Translations under genes and position numbers: made by a program
In this document: piece by piece, positions 41,586-55,905 of the stretch
How positions within the stretch are numbered: position 1 is the stretch's first letter
Layout of the letters: each line of letters begins with the position of its first letter
Source of the DNA: the human T2T-CHM13v2.0 reference genome, Homo sapiens
Assembly (NCBI RefSeq): GCF_009914755.1
Contig: NC_060933.1
Reading direction: 5' to 3' (one strand)
DNA: 64,000 bases
The notes under the pieces: model-generated
Database searches by the model: none
What the model saw: the letters and a program-made list of their open reading frames with translations, nothing else
Told to the model about the DNA's origin: nothing

Positions 41586-43949
41586 CCATTCCATTCCATT
41601 CCATTTCATTCCATTCCACTGCAGTCGGGTTGATTCCATTCCATTCCATTCCATTCCATTCCGTTCCATTCCATTCCATTCCATTCTATTCGGGTTAATT
41701 CCATTCCATTCCATTCCATTCCATTCCATTCCAATCGAGTTGATTCCATTCCATTCCATTCCATTCCATTCCATTCCACTCCATTCCAGTCCTTTCCATT
41801 CCATTACACTCGGGTTGATTCCATTCTATTCCTTACCATTCCATTCCATTCCATTGCAATCGAGTTGATTCCATTGCTTTGCATTCCATTCCATTCCATT
41901 CCATTCCGGATGATTCCATTCCATTGCATTCCTTTCCATTCCATTCCCGTGCACTCGGGTTGATTCCATTCCATTCCACTCCATTCCGTTCCATTCCATT
42001 CCATTCCATTGTATTCGGGTTAATTCCATTCCATTCCATTCCATTCCATTCCATTCCATTACAATCGAGTTGATTCCATGCCATTCCATTCCATTCCATT
42101 CCATTCCAGTCCTTTCCATTCCATTCCACTCGGGTTGATTCCATTCTATTAGTTTCCATTCCATTCCATTCCCTTCCATTCCACTCTGGTTGATTCCATT
42201 CCTTTCCATTCCACTCGAATACATTCCCTCCTATTCCACTCGGAAAGATTCCATTCCATTCCATTCCATTCCATTCCATTCCATTCCATTCCATTCCAGT
42301 TCGTTCCATTCCGTTCTATTCCCTACCATTCCATTCCATTCCATTCCTTTCCATTCCATTCGTTTCCACTAGTGTTGATTCCATTCTTTCCATTCCATTT
42401 GGTTTGAAGGCATTCCATTCCATTCAATTCCATTAAATTCCATTCCATTCCATTCCATTCTATTCCATTCCATTGCAATCGAGTTGAATCCATTGCCTTT
42501 CATTGAATTCCATTCCACTACGGATGACTCCATTCCATTGCATTCCATTCCATTCCATTCCCCTGTACTCGGGTTTATTCCATTCCATTCCATTCCACTC
42601 CATTCGGTTCCGTTGCATTCCATTCTATTGCATTCCATTCTATTCGGGTTAATTCCATTCCATTTTATTCCATTCCATTCCATTCCATTCCATTGCAATG
42701 GAGTTGATTCCATTCCATTCCATTCCATTCCGGATGATTCCATTCCATTGCATTCCATTCCATTCCATTTCCCAGCACTCGTGTTGATTCCATTCCCTTC
42801 CATTCCATTCCATTCCGTTCCATTCCATTCCATTCCATTCTATTCCGGTTAATTCCATTCCATTCCATTCCATTCCATTCCATTCCATTCCATTGCAATC
42901 GAGTTGATTCCATTCCATTCCTTTCCATTCCATTCCATTGCCTTGCATTCCACTCGGGTTGATTCCATTCCCTTCTTTCCACTCCATTACATTCCCTTCC
43001 ATGATTGATTCCATTCCATTCCATTCCATTTCATTCCATTGCAATCCATTCCAATCCATTCCATTCCATTCCATTCCACTCGAGTTGACTTCATTCCTTT
43101 CCTTTCCATTCCATTCCATTCCTTTCCACTCGAGTTGATTCCATTCCATTCCAATCCATTGCATTCCATTCCATGCCATTCCACTCGGGTTGATTCCATT
43201 CCTTTGCATACCATTCCATTCCATTCCATTCCATACCATTCCATTCCATTCCATTCCGTTGCATTGCATTCCATTACATTCGGATTGATTCTATTCAACT
43301 CCCTTACTCTCCATTACATTACATTCCATTCGGGTTGTTCCATTCCATTCTATTCCATTCCACTCCATTCCATTGCATTCGGGTTGATTCCATTCCATTC
43401 CATTCCATTCCATTCCATTCCGGATGATTCCATTCCATTGCATTCCGTTCCATTACATTCCCCTGCACTCGCGTTGATTCCATTCCATTCCATTCCATTC
43501 CATTCAATTCCATTCCATTACATTCCCCTGCACTCGCGTTGATTCCATTCCATTCCATTCAATTCCATTCCATTACAATTCGTTCCATTCCATTCTATTC
43601 CGTACCATTCCATTCCATTCCATACCATTCCATTCCATTCCATTCCATTCCATTCCATTCCGTTGCATTCCGTTCCATTGCATTCCATTCCATTCCATTC
43701 TATTCGGGTTAATCCCATTCCATTCCATTCCATTCCATTCTATTCCATTCCATTGCAATCGTGTTGAATCCATTTCATTTCATTCCATTCCATTCCATTC
43801 CATTCCATTCCATTCCGGAAGATTCCATTCCATTGTATTCCATTCCATGCCATTCCCCTGCACTCGCGTTGATTCCATTCCATTCCATTCCATTCCATTC
43901 CATTCCATTCCATTCCATTCCATTCCGTTCCGTTCCATTCCATTCCATT

Positions 43950-46900
43950 CCGTTGCATTCCATTCCATTACATTCGGATTGATTCTATTCAACTCCCTTA
44001 CTCTCCATTACATTCCATTCCATTCGGGTTGTTCCATTCCATTCCATTCCATTCCACTCCATTCCATTGCACTCGGGTTGATTCCATTCCATTCCATTCC
44101 ATTCCATTCCATTCCGGATGATTCCATTCCATTGCATTCCGTTCCATTACATTCCCCTGCACTCGCGTTGATTCCATTCCATTCCTTTCCATTCCATTCA
44201 ATTCCATTCCATTACAATTCGTTCCATTCCATTCTATTCCGTACCATTCCATTCCTTTCCATACCATTCCATTCCATTCCATTCCATTCCATTCCATTCC
44301 ATTCCGTTCCGTTCCATTCAGTTCCATTCCATTCCATTCCATTCTATTCGGGTTAATTCAATTCCATTGCATTCCATTCCATTCCATTCCGGAAGATTCC
44401 ATTCCATTGCATTGCATTCCATTCCATTCCCCTGCACTCGCGTTGATTCCATTCCATTCCATTCCATTCCATTCCATTCCATTCCGTTCCGTTCCGTTCC
44501 ATTCCATTCCATTCCATTCCATTCCATTCCGTTCCGTTCCATTCCATTCCATTCCATTCTATTCGGGTTAATTCCATTCCATTCCATTCGATTGCAATCG
44601 TGTTGATTCCATTCCATTCCATTCCATTCCATTCCATTCCATTCCATTCCATTCCTTTCCATTCTATTACGGATGATTCCATTCTATTGCATTCCATTCC
44701 ATTCCATTCCCCTGTACTCGGGTTGATTCCATTCCATTGCATTCCAATCCATGCCCTTTCACTCGTGTTGATTCCATTCTTTCCATTCCATTCAAGTTGA
44801 ATCCATTCCATTGCATTCCATTCCATTCGATTCCATTCGATTGCACTCGGGTTGATTCCATTCCATTGCATTCCATTCCATTGCATTCCATTCCATTCCA
44901 TTCCATTCCGTTCCATTCCATTCCATTACATTCGGATTGATTCTATTCAATTCCCTTACACTCCATTACATTCCATTCCATTCGGGTAGTTTCCATTCCA
45001 TTCCATTCCATTCCTCTCCATTCCATTGCACTCGGGTTGGTTCCATTCCATTGCATTCCATTCCATTCCATTCAATTCCATTCCGTTCCTTTCCTTTCCA
45101 TTACATTCGGATTGACTCTATTCAACTCCCTTACTCTCCATTACATTCCATTCCATTCGGGTTGTTCCATTCCATTCCATTCCATTCCACTCCATTCCAT
45201 TGCACTCGGGTTGATTCCATTCCATTCCATTCCATTCCATTCCATTCCATTCCATTCCATTCCGGAAGATTCCATTCCATTGCATTCCATTCCATTCCAT
45301 TCCATTCCATTGCATTCCATTCCATTCCATTCCCCTGCACTCGCGTTGATTCTATTCCATTCCATTCCATTCCATTCCATTCCATTCCATTCCATTCCTT
45401 TCCGTTCCATTCCATTCCATTCCATTCCATTCCGTTCCGTTCCGTTCCGTTCCGTTCCATTCCATTCCATTCCATTCTATTCGGGTTAATTCCATTCCAT
45501 TCCATTCGACTGCAATCGAGTTGATTCCATTCCATTCCATTCCATTCCATTCCATTCCATTCCATTCCTTTCCATTCCATTACGGATGATTCCATTCCAT
45601 TGCATTCCATTCCATTCCATTCCCCTGCACTCGTGTTGATTCCATTCCCTTCCATTCCATTCCATTCCGTTCCATTCCATTCCATTCCATTCTATTCTCG
45701 TTAATTCCATTCCATTCCATTCCATTCCATTCCATTCCATTGCAATCGAGTTGATTCCATTCCATTCCTTTCCATTCCATTCCATTGCCTTGCATTCCAC
45801 TCGGGTTGATTCCATTCCCTTCTTTCCACTGCATTACATTCCCTTCCATTCCACTCGGAATGATTGATTCCATTCCATTCCATTCCACTTCATTCCATTG
45901 CAATCCATTCCAATCCTTTCCATTCCATTCCATTCCACTCGAGTTGACTTCATTCCATTCCTTTCCATTCCATTCCATTCCTTTCCACTCGAGTTGATTC
46001 CATTCCATTCCAATCCATTGCATTCCATTCCATGCCATTCCACTCGGGTTGATTCCATTCCTTTGCATTCCATTCCATTCCATTCCATTGCATTCCGTTC
46101 CATTCCATTCCGTTGCATTCCATTCCATTACATTCGGATTGATTCTATTCAACTCCCTTACTCTCCATTACATTCCATTCCATTCGGGTTGTTCCATTCC
46201 ATTCCATTCCATTCCACTCCATTCCATTGCACTCGGGTTGATTCCATTCCATTCCATTCCATTCCATTCCATTCCGGAGGATTCCATTCCATTGCATTCC
46301 GTTCCATTACATTCCCCTGCACTCGCGTTGATTCCATTCCATTCCATTCCATTCCATTCCATTCCATTCCATTCCATTCAATTCCATTCCATTACAATTC
46401 GTTCCATTCCATTCTATTCCGTACCATTCCATTCCTTTCCATACCATTCCATTCCATTCCATTCCATTCCATTCCATTCCATTCCGTTCCGTTCCATTCC
46501 GTTCCATTCCATTCCATTCCATTCTATTCGGGTTAATTCCATTCCATTGCATTCCATTCCATTCCATTCCGGAAGATTCCATTCCATTGCATTGCATTCC
46601 ATTCCATTCCCCTGCACTCGCGTTGATTCCATTCCATTCCATTCCATTCCATTCCATTCCGTTCCGTTCCGTTCCATTCCATTCCATTCCATTCCATTCC
46701 ATTCCGTTCCGTTCCATTCCATTCCATTCCATTCTATTCGGGTTAATTCCATTCCATTCCATTCGATTGCAATCGTGTTGATTCCATTCCATTCCATTCC
46801 ATTCCATTCCATTCCATTCCGTTCCTTTCCATTCCATTACGGATGATTCCATTCTATTGCATTCCATTCCATTCCATTCCCCTGTACTCGGGTTGATTCC

Positions 46901-47740
46901 ATTCCATTGCATTCCAATCCATGCCCTTCCACTCGTGTTGATTCCATTCTTTCCATTCCATTCAAGTTGAATCCATTCCATTGCATTCCATTCCATTCGA
47001 TTCCATTCGATTGCACTCGGGTTGATTCCATTCCATTGCATTCCATTCCATTGCATTCCATTCCATTCCATTCCATTCCGTTCCATTCCATTCCATTACA
47101 TTCGGATTGATTCTATTCAATTCCCTTACACTCCATTACATTCCATTCCATTCGGGTAGTTTCCATTCCATTCCATTCCATTCCTCTCCATTCCATTGCA
47201 CTCGGGTTGATTCCATTCCATTGCATTCCATTCCATTCCATTCGATTCCATTCCGTTCCTTTCCTTTCCATTACATTCGGATTGACTCTATTCAACTCCC
47301 TTACTCTCCATTACATTCCATTCCATTCGGGTTGTTCCATTCCATTCCATTCCATTCCACTCCATTCCATTGTACTCGGGTTGATTCCATTCCATTCCAT
47401 TCCATTCCATTCCATTCCATTCCATTCCGGAAGATTCCATTCCATTGCGTTCCATTCCATTCCATTCCCCTGCACTCGCGTTGATTCCATTCCATTCCAT
47501 TCCATTCCATTCCATACCATTCCATTCCTTTCCGTTCCATTCCATTCCATTCCATTCCATTCCATTCCGTTCCGTTCCGTTCCGTTCCGTTCCATTCCAT
47601 TCCATTCCATTCTATTCGGGTTAATTCCATTCCATTCCATTCGACTGCAATCGAGTTGATTCCATTCCATTCCATTGCATTCCATTCCTTTCCATTCCAT
47701 TACCGATGATTCCATTCCATTGCATTCCATTCCATTCCAT
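43950..47740 (+). repeat. Tandem duplication with ~2.17 kb offset (~43950-45620 vs ~46110-47740)
   Basis: ORF pairs 44737/46907, 44937/47107, 45037/47207 (all 2170). Shared CCTTTCCATACC (~44254/46434) and TTCCTTTCCATTACATTCGGATTGACTCT (~45090/47260). Confidence 0.87.
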
Positions 47741-48249
47741 TCCCCTGTACTCGGGTTGATTCCATTCCATTCCATTCCAATCCATGCCATTCCACTCGTG
47801 TTGATTCCATTCTATCCATTCCATTCAAGTTGAATCCATTCCATTGCATTCCATTCCATTCCATTCCCCTGCAGTCGGGTTGATTCCATTCCATTCCATT
47901 CCATTCCATTCAATTCCATTCCATTCCGTTCCATTCCATTCCATTCCATTCTATTCGGGTTAATTCCATTCCATTCCATTCCATTCCATTCCATTCCATT
48001 CCAATCGAGTTGATTCCATTCCATTCCATTCCATTCCATTCCACTCCATTCCAGTCCTTTACATTCCATTCCACTCGGGTTGATTCCAATGTATTCCTTT
48101 CCATTCCACTCCATTCCATTGCACTCGGGTTGATTCCATTCCATTCCATTCCATTCCATTCCATTCCATTCCATTCCGGATGATTCCATTCCATTGCATT
48201 CCATTCCATTCCATTCCCCTGCACTCGGGTTGATTCCATTCCATTCCAC

Positions 48250-51200
48250 TCCATTCCGTTGCATTCCATTCCATTACATTGGGATTGATTCTATTCAACT
48301 CCCTTACTCTCCATTACATTCCATTCCATTCGGGTTGTTCCATTCCATTCCATTCCATTCCATTCCACTCCATTCCATTGCACTCGGGTTGATTCCATTC
48401 CATTCCATTCCATTCCATTCCATTCCATTCCATTCTGGATGATTCCATTCCATTGCATTCCGTTCCATTACATTCCCCTGCACTGGCATTGATTCAATTC
48501 CATTCTATTCAATTCCATTCCATTACAATTCGTTCCATTCCATTCTATTCCGTACCACTCCATTCCATTCCATACCATTCCATTCCATTCCATTCCATTC
48601 CATTCCATTCCGTTCCATTCCGTTCCATTGCATTCCATTCCATTCTATTCTGGTTAATTCCATTCCATTCCATTCCATGCCATTCCATTCTATTCCATTC
48701 CATTGCAATCGAGTTGAATCCATTGCATTTCATTCCATTCCATTCCATTCCATTCCATTCCGGAAGATTCCATTCCATTGCATTCCATTCCATTCCATTC
48801 CCCTGCACTCGCGTTGATTCCATTCCATTCCATTCCATTCTGTTCCGTTCCGTTCCGATCCATTCCATTCCATTCCATTCCGTTCCGTTCCGTTCCGTTC
48901 CATTCCATTCCATTCCATTCTATTCGGGTTAATTCCATTCCATTCCATTCGATTGCAATCGAGTTGATTCCATTCCATTCCATTCCAATCCATGCCATTC
49001 CACTCGTGTTGATTCCATTATTTCCATTCCATTCAAGTTGAATCCATTACATTGCATTCCATTCCATTCGATTCCATTCGATTGCACTCGGGTTGATTCC
49101 ATGGCATTGCATTCCATTCCATTCCATTCCATTCCATTCCATTCCTTTCCATTCCATTCCATTCCATTCCATTCGGATTCATTCTATTCAATTCCCTTAC
49201 ACTCCATTTCATTCCATTCCATTCGTGTAGTTTCCATTCCATTCCATTCCATTCCTCTCCATTCCATTGCACTCGGGTTGATTCCATTCCATTCCATTCC
49301 ATTCCATTCCATTCCATTCCATTCCGGATGATTCCATTCCATTGAGTTCCATTGCGTTCCATTCCCCTGCACTTGGGTTGATTCCATTCCATTCCATTAC
49401 ATTCCTTTCTTTTCCATTCCATTCCATTCCATTCTTTCGTGTTAATTCCATTCCATTCTATTCCATTCCATTCCATTGAAATCGAGTTGATTCCATTCCA
49501 TTCCATTCCATTCCATTCCATTCCATTCCATTCCGGATGATTCCATTCCATTCCATTCCATTCCATTCCATTCCATTGTACTCGGGTTGATTCCATTCCA
49601 TTGCATTCCATTCCATTCCATTCCATTCCATTCCGTTGCATTCCATTCCATTACATTCGGATTGATTCTGTTCAACTCCCTTACTCTCCATTACATTCCA
49701 TTCCATTCGGGTTGTTCCATTCCATTCCATTCCATTCCACTCCATTCCATTGCACTCGGGTTGATTCCATTCCATTGCATTCCATTCCATTCCATTCCAT
49801 TCCGGATGATTCCATTCTATTGCATTCCGTTCCATTACATTCCCCTGCACTCGCGTTGATTCCATTCCATTCCATTCAATTCCATTCCATTACAATTCGT
49901 TCCATTCCATTCTATTCCATACCATTCCATTCCATTCCATACCATTCCATTCCATTCCATTCCATTCCATTCCATTCCATTCCATTCCATTCCGTTCCGT
50001 TCCGTTCCGTTCCATTCCATTCCATTCCATTCTATTCGAATTAATTCCATTCCATTCCATTCCATTCCATTGCACTCGTGTTGATTCCATTCCATTCCAT
50101 TCCATTCCATTCCATTCCATTCAATTCCATTCCTTTCCATTCCATTCCATTACATTCGGATTGATTCTATTCAACTCCCTTACTCTCCATTACATTCCAT
50201 TCCATTCGGGTTGTTCCATTCCATTCCATTCCATTCCACTCCATTCCAATGCACTCGGGTTTATTCCATTCCATTCCATTCCATTCCGGAAGATTCCATT
50301 CCATTGCATTCCATTCCATTCCATTCCCTTGCACTCGCGTTGATTCCACTCCATTCCATTCCATTCCATTCCATTCCATTCCATTCCATTCCATTCCGGA
50401 TGATTTCATTCCATTGCATTCCATTCCATTCCATTCCCCTGCACTCAGGTTGATTCCATTCCATTCCATTCCATTACATTCCATTCCATTCCGTTCCATT
50501 TCATTCTATTCAGGTTAATTCCATTCCATTCCATTCCACTCCATTCCAGTCCTTTCCATTCCATTCCACTCGGGTTGATTCCATTCTATTCCTTTTAATT
50601 CCATTCCATTCCATTGCAATCGAGTGGATTCCATTCGAGTTGAATCCATTCCATTCCATTCCATTCCATTCCATTGCACACGGGTTCATTCCATTCCATT
50701 CCATTCCATTCCATTCCATTCCATTCCATTCCATTCCATTCTATTCCATTTCATTCCATTCCATTCTATTCCGTACCATTCCATTCCATCCCATTCCATT
50801 CCGTTCCATTCCATGCCATTACACTCGGGTTGATTCCATTCCTTTCCATTCCATTCTTGTTGAATCCATTCCATTCCACTCCATTCCATTCCATTCGAAT
50901 CCATTCCATTGCACTCGGGTTGATTCCATTCCATTCCATTCCATTCCATTTCATTCCATTCCATTCCATTACATTCGGATTGATTCTATTCTATTCCCTT
51001 ACACTCCATTCCATTCCATTCCATTCGGAATGTTTCCATTCCATTCCATTCCATTCCACTCCATTCCATTGCATCAGGTTGATTGCATTCCATTCCATTC
51101 CATTCCGGATGATTCCATTCCATTGCATTCCATTCCATTCCATTCCCCAGCACTCGAATTGATTCCATTCCATTCCATTGCATTCCATTCCATTCCATTC

Positions 51201-54200
51201 CATTCCGTTCCTTTCCATTCCATTCCATTCTATTCCGCTTAATTCCATTCCATTCCATTCGATTCCATTCCATTCCATTGCAATCGAGTTGATTCCATTC
51301 CATTCCATTCCATTCCGTTCCGGATGATTCCATTCCATTCCATTCCATTCCATTCCATTCCATTCCCGTGCAGTCGGGTTGATTCCATTCCATTCCATTC
51401 CATTCCATTCCATTCCATTCCATTCCATTCCGTTCAATTCCATTCCATTCCATTCTATTCGGGTTAATTCCATTCCATTCCATTCCATTCCATTCTATTC
51501 GGGTTAATTCCATTCTATTCCATTCCATTCCATTCCATTCTATTCCATTCCATTGCAATCGAGTTGAATCCATTGTATTTCATTCCATTCCATTCCATTC
51601 CATTCCATTCCATTCCATTCCTTTCCATTCCATTCCTTTCCATTCCATTACGGATGATTCCATTCCATTGCATTCCATTCCATTCCATTCCCCTGTACTC
51701 GGGTTGATTCCATTCCATTCCATTCCAATCCATGCCATTCCACTCGTGTTCATTCCATTCTTTCCATTCCATTCAAGTTGAATCCATTCCATTGCATTCC
51801 ATTCCATTCGATTCCATTCGATTGCACTCGGGTTGATTCCATTGCATTGCATTCCATTCCATTCCATTCCATTCCATTCCATTCCATTCCGTTCCATTCC
51901 ATTCCATTCCATTACATTCGGATTGATTCTATTCAATTCCCTTACACTCCATTACATTCCATTCCATTCGGGTAGTTTCCATTCCATTCCATTCCATTCC
52001 TCTCCATTCCATTGCACTCGGGTTGATTCCATTCCATTGCATTCCATTCCATTCCATTCAATTGCATTCCGTTGCATTCCATTCCATTACATTGGGATTG
52101 ATTCTATTCAACTCCCTTACTCTCCATTACATTCCATTCCATTCGGGTTGTTCCATTCCATTCCATTCCATTCCATTCCACTCCATTCCATTGCACTCGG
52201 GTTGATTCCATTCCATTCCATTCCATTCCATTCCATTCCATTCCATTCCGGATGATTCCATTCCATTGCATTCCGTTCCATTACATTCCCCTGCACTGGC
52301 ATTGATTCAATTCCATTCTATTCAATTCCATTCCATTACAATTCGTTCCATTCCATTCTATTCCGTACCACTCCATTCCATTCCATACCATTCCATTCCA
52401 TTCCATTCCATTCCATTCCATTCCGTTCCATTCCGTTCCATTGCATTCCATTCCATTCTATTCTGGTTAATTCCATTCCATTCCATTCCATTCCATTCCA
52501 TTCTATTCCATTCCATTGCAATCGAGTTGAATCCATTGCATTTCATTCCATTCCATTGCATTCCATTCCATTCCGGAAGATTCCATTCCATTGCATTCCA
52601 TTCCATTCCATTCCCCTGCACTCGCGTTGATTCCATTCCATTCCATTCCATTCCGTTCCGTTCCGTTCCGATCCATTCCATTCCATTCCATTCCGTTCCG
52701 TTCCGTTCCGTTCCATTCCATTCCATTCCATTCTATTCGGGTTAATTCCATTCCATTCCATTCGATTGCAATCGAGTTGATTCCATTCCATTCCATTCCA
52801 ATCCATGCCATTCCACTCGTGTTGATTCCATTATTTCCATTCCATTCAAGTTGAATCCATTACATTGCATTCCATTCCATTCGATTCCATTCGATTGCAC
52901 TCGGGTTGATTCCATGGCATTGCATTCCATTCCATTCCATTCCATTCCATTCCATTCCTTTCCATTCCATTCCATTCCATTCCATTCGGATTCATTCTAT
53001 TCAATTCCCTTACACTCCATTTCATTCCATTCCATTCGTGTAGTTTCCATTCCATTCCATTCCATTCCTCTCCATTCCATTGCACTCGGGTTGATTCCAT
53101 TCCATTCCATTCCATTCCATTCCATTCCATTCCGGATGATTCCATTCCATTGAATTCCATTGCGTTCCATTCCCCTGCACTTGGGTTGATTCCATTCCAT
53201 TCCATTACATTCCTTTCTTTTCCATTCCATTCCATTCCATTCCATTCTTTCGTGTTAATTCCATTCCATTCTATTCCATTCCATTCCATTGAAATCGAGT
53301 TGATTCCATTCCATTCCATTCCATTCCATTCCATTCCATTCCATTCCATTCCGGATGATTCCATTCCATTCCATTCCATTCCATTCCATTCCATTGTACT
53401 CGGGTTGATTCCATTCCATTGCATTCCATTCCATTCCATTCCATTCCATTCCGTTGCATTCCATTCCATTACATTCGGATTGATTCTGTTCAACTCCCTT
53501 ACTCTCCATTACATTCCATTCCATTCGGGTTGTTCCATTCCATTCCATTCCATTCCACTCCATTCCATTGCACTCGGGTTGATTCCATTCCATTGCATTC
53601 CATTCCATTCCATTCCATTCCGGATGATTCCATTCCATTGCATTCCGTTCCATTACATTCCCCTGCACTCGCGTTGATTCCATTCCATTCCATTCAATTC
53701 CATTCCATTACAATTCGTTCCATTCCATTCTATTCCATACCATTCCATTCCATTCCATACCATTCCATTCCATTCCATTCCATTCCATTCCATTCCATTC
53801 CATTCCATTCCATTCCGTTCCGTTCCGTTCCGTTCCATTCCATTCCATTCCATTCTATTCGAATTAATTCCATTCCATTCCATTCCATTCCATTGCACTC
53901 GTGTTGATTCCATTCCATTCCATTCCATTCCATTCCATTCAATTCCATTCCTTTCCATTCCATTCCATTACATTCGGATTGATTCTATTCAACTCCCTTA
54001 CTCTCCATTACATTCCATTCCATTCGGGTTGTTCCATTCCATTCCATTCCATTCCACTCCATTCCAATGCACTCGGGTTTATTCCATTCCATTCCATTCC
54101 ATTCCGGAAGATTCCATTCCATTGCATTCCATTCCATTCCATTCCCTTGCACTCGCGTTGATTCCACTCCATTCCATTCCATTCCATTCCATTCCATTCC

Positions 54201-55905
54201 ATTCCATTCCATTCCGGATGATTTCATTCCATTGCATTCCATTCCATTCCATTCCCCTGCACTCAGGTTGATTCCATTCCATTCCATTCCATTACATTCC
54301 ATTCCATTCCGTTCCATTTCATTCTATTCAGGTTAATTCCATTCCATTCCATTCCACTCCATTCCAGTCCTTTCCATTCCATTCCACTCGGGTTGATTCC
54401 ATTCTATTCCTTTTAATTCCATTCCATTCCATTGCAATCGAGTGGATTCCATTCGAGTTGAATCCATTCCATTCCATTCCATTCCATTCCATTGCACACG
54501 GGTTCATTCCATTCCATTCCATTCCATTCCATTCCATTCCATTCCATTCCATTCCATTCTATTCCATTTCATTCCATTCCATTCTATTCCGTACCATTCC
54601 ATTCCATCCCATTCCATTCCGTTCCATTCCATGCCATTACACTCGGGTTGATTCCATTCCTTTCCATTCCATTCTTGTTGAATCCATTCCATTCCACTCC
54701 ATTCCATTCCATTCGAATCCATTCCATTGCACTCGGGTTGATTCCATTCCATTCCATTCCATTCCATTTCATTCCATTCCATTCCATTACATTCGGATTG
54801 ATTCTATTCTATTCCCTTACACTCCATTCCATTCCATTCCATTCGGAATGTTTCCATTCCATTCCATTCCATTCCACTCCATTCCATTGCATCAGGTTGA
54901 TTGCATTCCATTCCATTCCATTCCGGATGATTCCATTCCATTGCATTCCATTCCATTCCATTCCCCAGCACTCGAATTGATTCCATTCCATTCCATTGCA
55001 TTCCATTCCATTCCATTCCATTCCGTTCCTTTCCATTCCATTCCATTCTATTCCGCTTAATTCCATTCCATTCCATTCGATTCCATTCCATTCCATTCCA
55101 TTCCATTGCAATCGAGTTGATTCCATTCCATTCCATTCCATTCCGTTCCGGATGATTCCATTCCATTCCATTCCATTCCATTCCATTCCATTCCCGTGCA
55201 GTCGGGTTGATTCCATTCCATTCCATTCCATTCCATTCCATTCCATTCCATTCCATTCCGTTCAATTCCATTCCATTCCATTCTATTCGGGTTAATTCCA
55301 TTCCATTCCATTCCATTCCATTCTATTCGGGTTAATTCCATTCTATTCCATTCCATTCCATTCCATTCTATTCCATTCCATTGCAATCGAGTTGAATCCA
55401 TTGTATTTCATTCCATTCCATTCCATTCCATTCCATTCCATTCCATTCCATTCCTTTCCATTCCATTCCTTTCCATTCCATTACGGATGATTCCATTCCA
55501 TTGCATTCCATTCCATTCCATTCCCCTGTACTCGGGTTGATTCCATTCCATTCCATTCCAATCCATGCCATTCCACTCGTGTTCATTCCATTCTTTCCAT
55601 TCCATTCAAGTTGAATCCATTCCATTGCATTCCATTCCATTCGATTCCATTCGATTGCACTCGGGTTGATTCCATTGCATTGCATTCCATTCCATTCCAT
55701 TCCATTCCATTCCATTCCATTCCGTTCCATTCCATTCCATTCCATTACATTCGGATTGATTCTATTCAATTCCCTTACACTCCATTACATTCCATTCCAT
55801 TCGGGTAGTTTCCATTCCATTCCATTCCATTCCTCTCCATTCCATTGCACTCGGGTTGATTCCATTCCATTGCATTCCATTCCATTCCATTCAATTGCAT
55901 TCCGT
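48250..55905 (+). repeat. Near-perfect head-to-tail ~3.8 kb tandem duplication (~48250-52070 and ~52070-55905)
   Basis: ORF pairs 48304/52117 and 48453/52266 (3813), 50211/54029 and 50640/54458 (3818), 51778/55611 (3833). Both units start near ...TTACATTGGGATTG and end at ...TCAATTGCATTCCGTT. Confidence 0.94.

Noticed and set aside
48250-55905. Assignment to DYZ1 (~3.6 kb) or D15Z1 (~1.8 kb) from the 3.8 kb and 1.9 kb offsets
   Set aside because: These periods occur only twice each and do not match the known unit sizes. Chromosome and subfamily need a k-mer or BLAST search that I cannot run.
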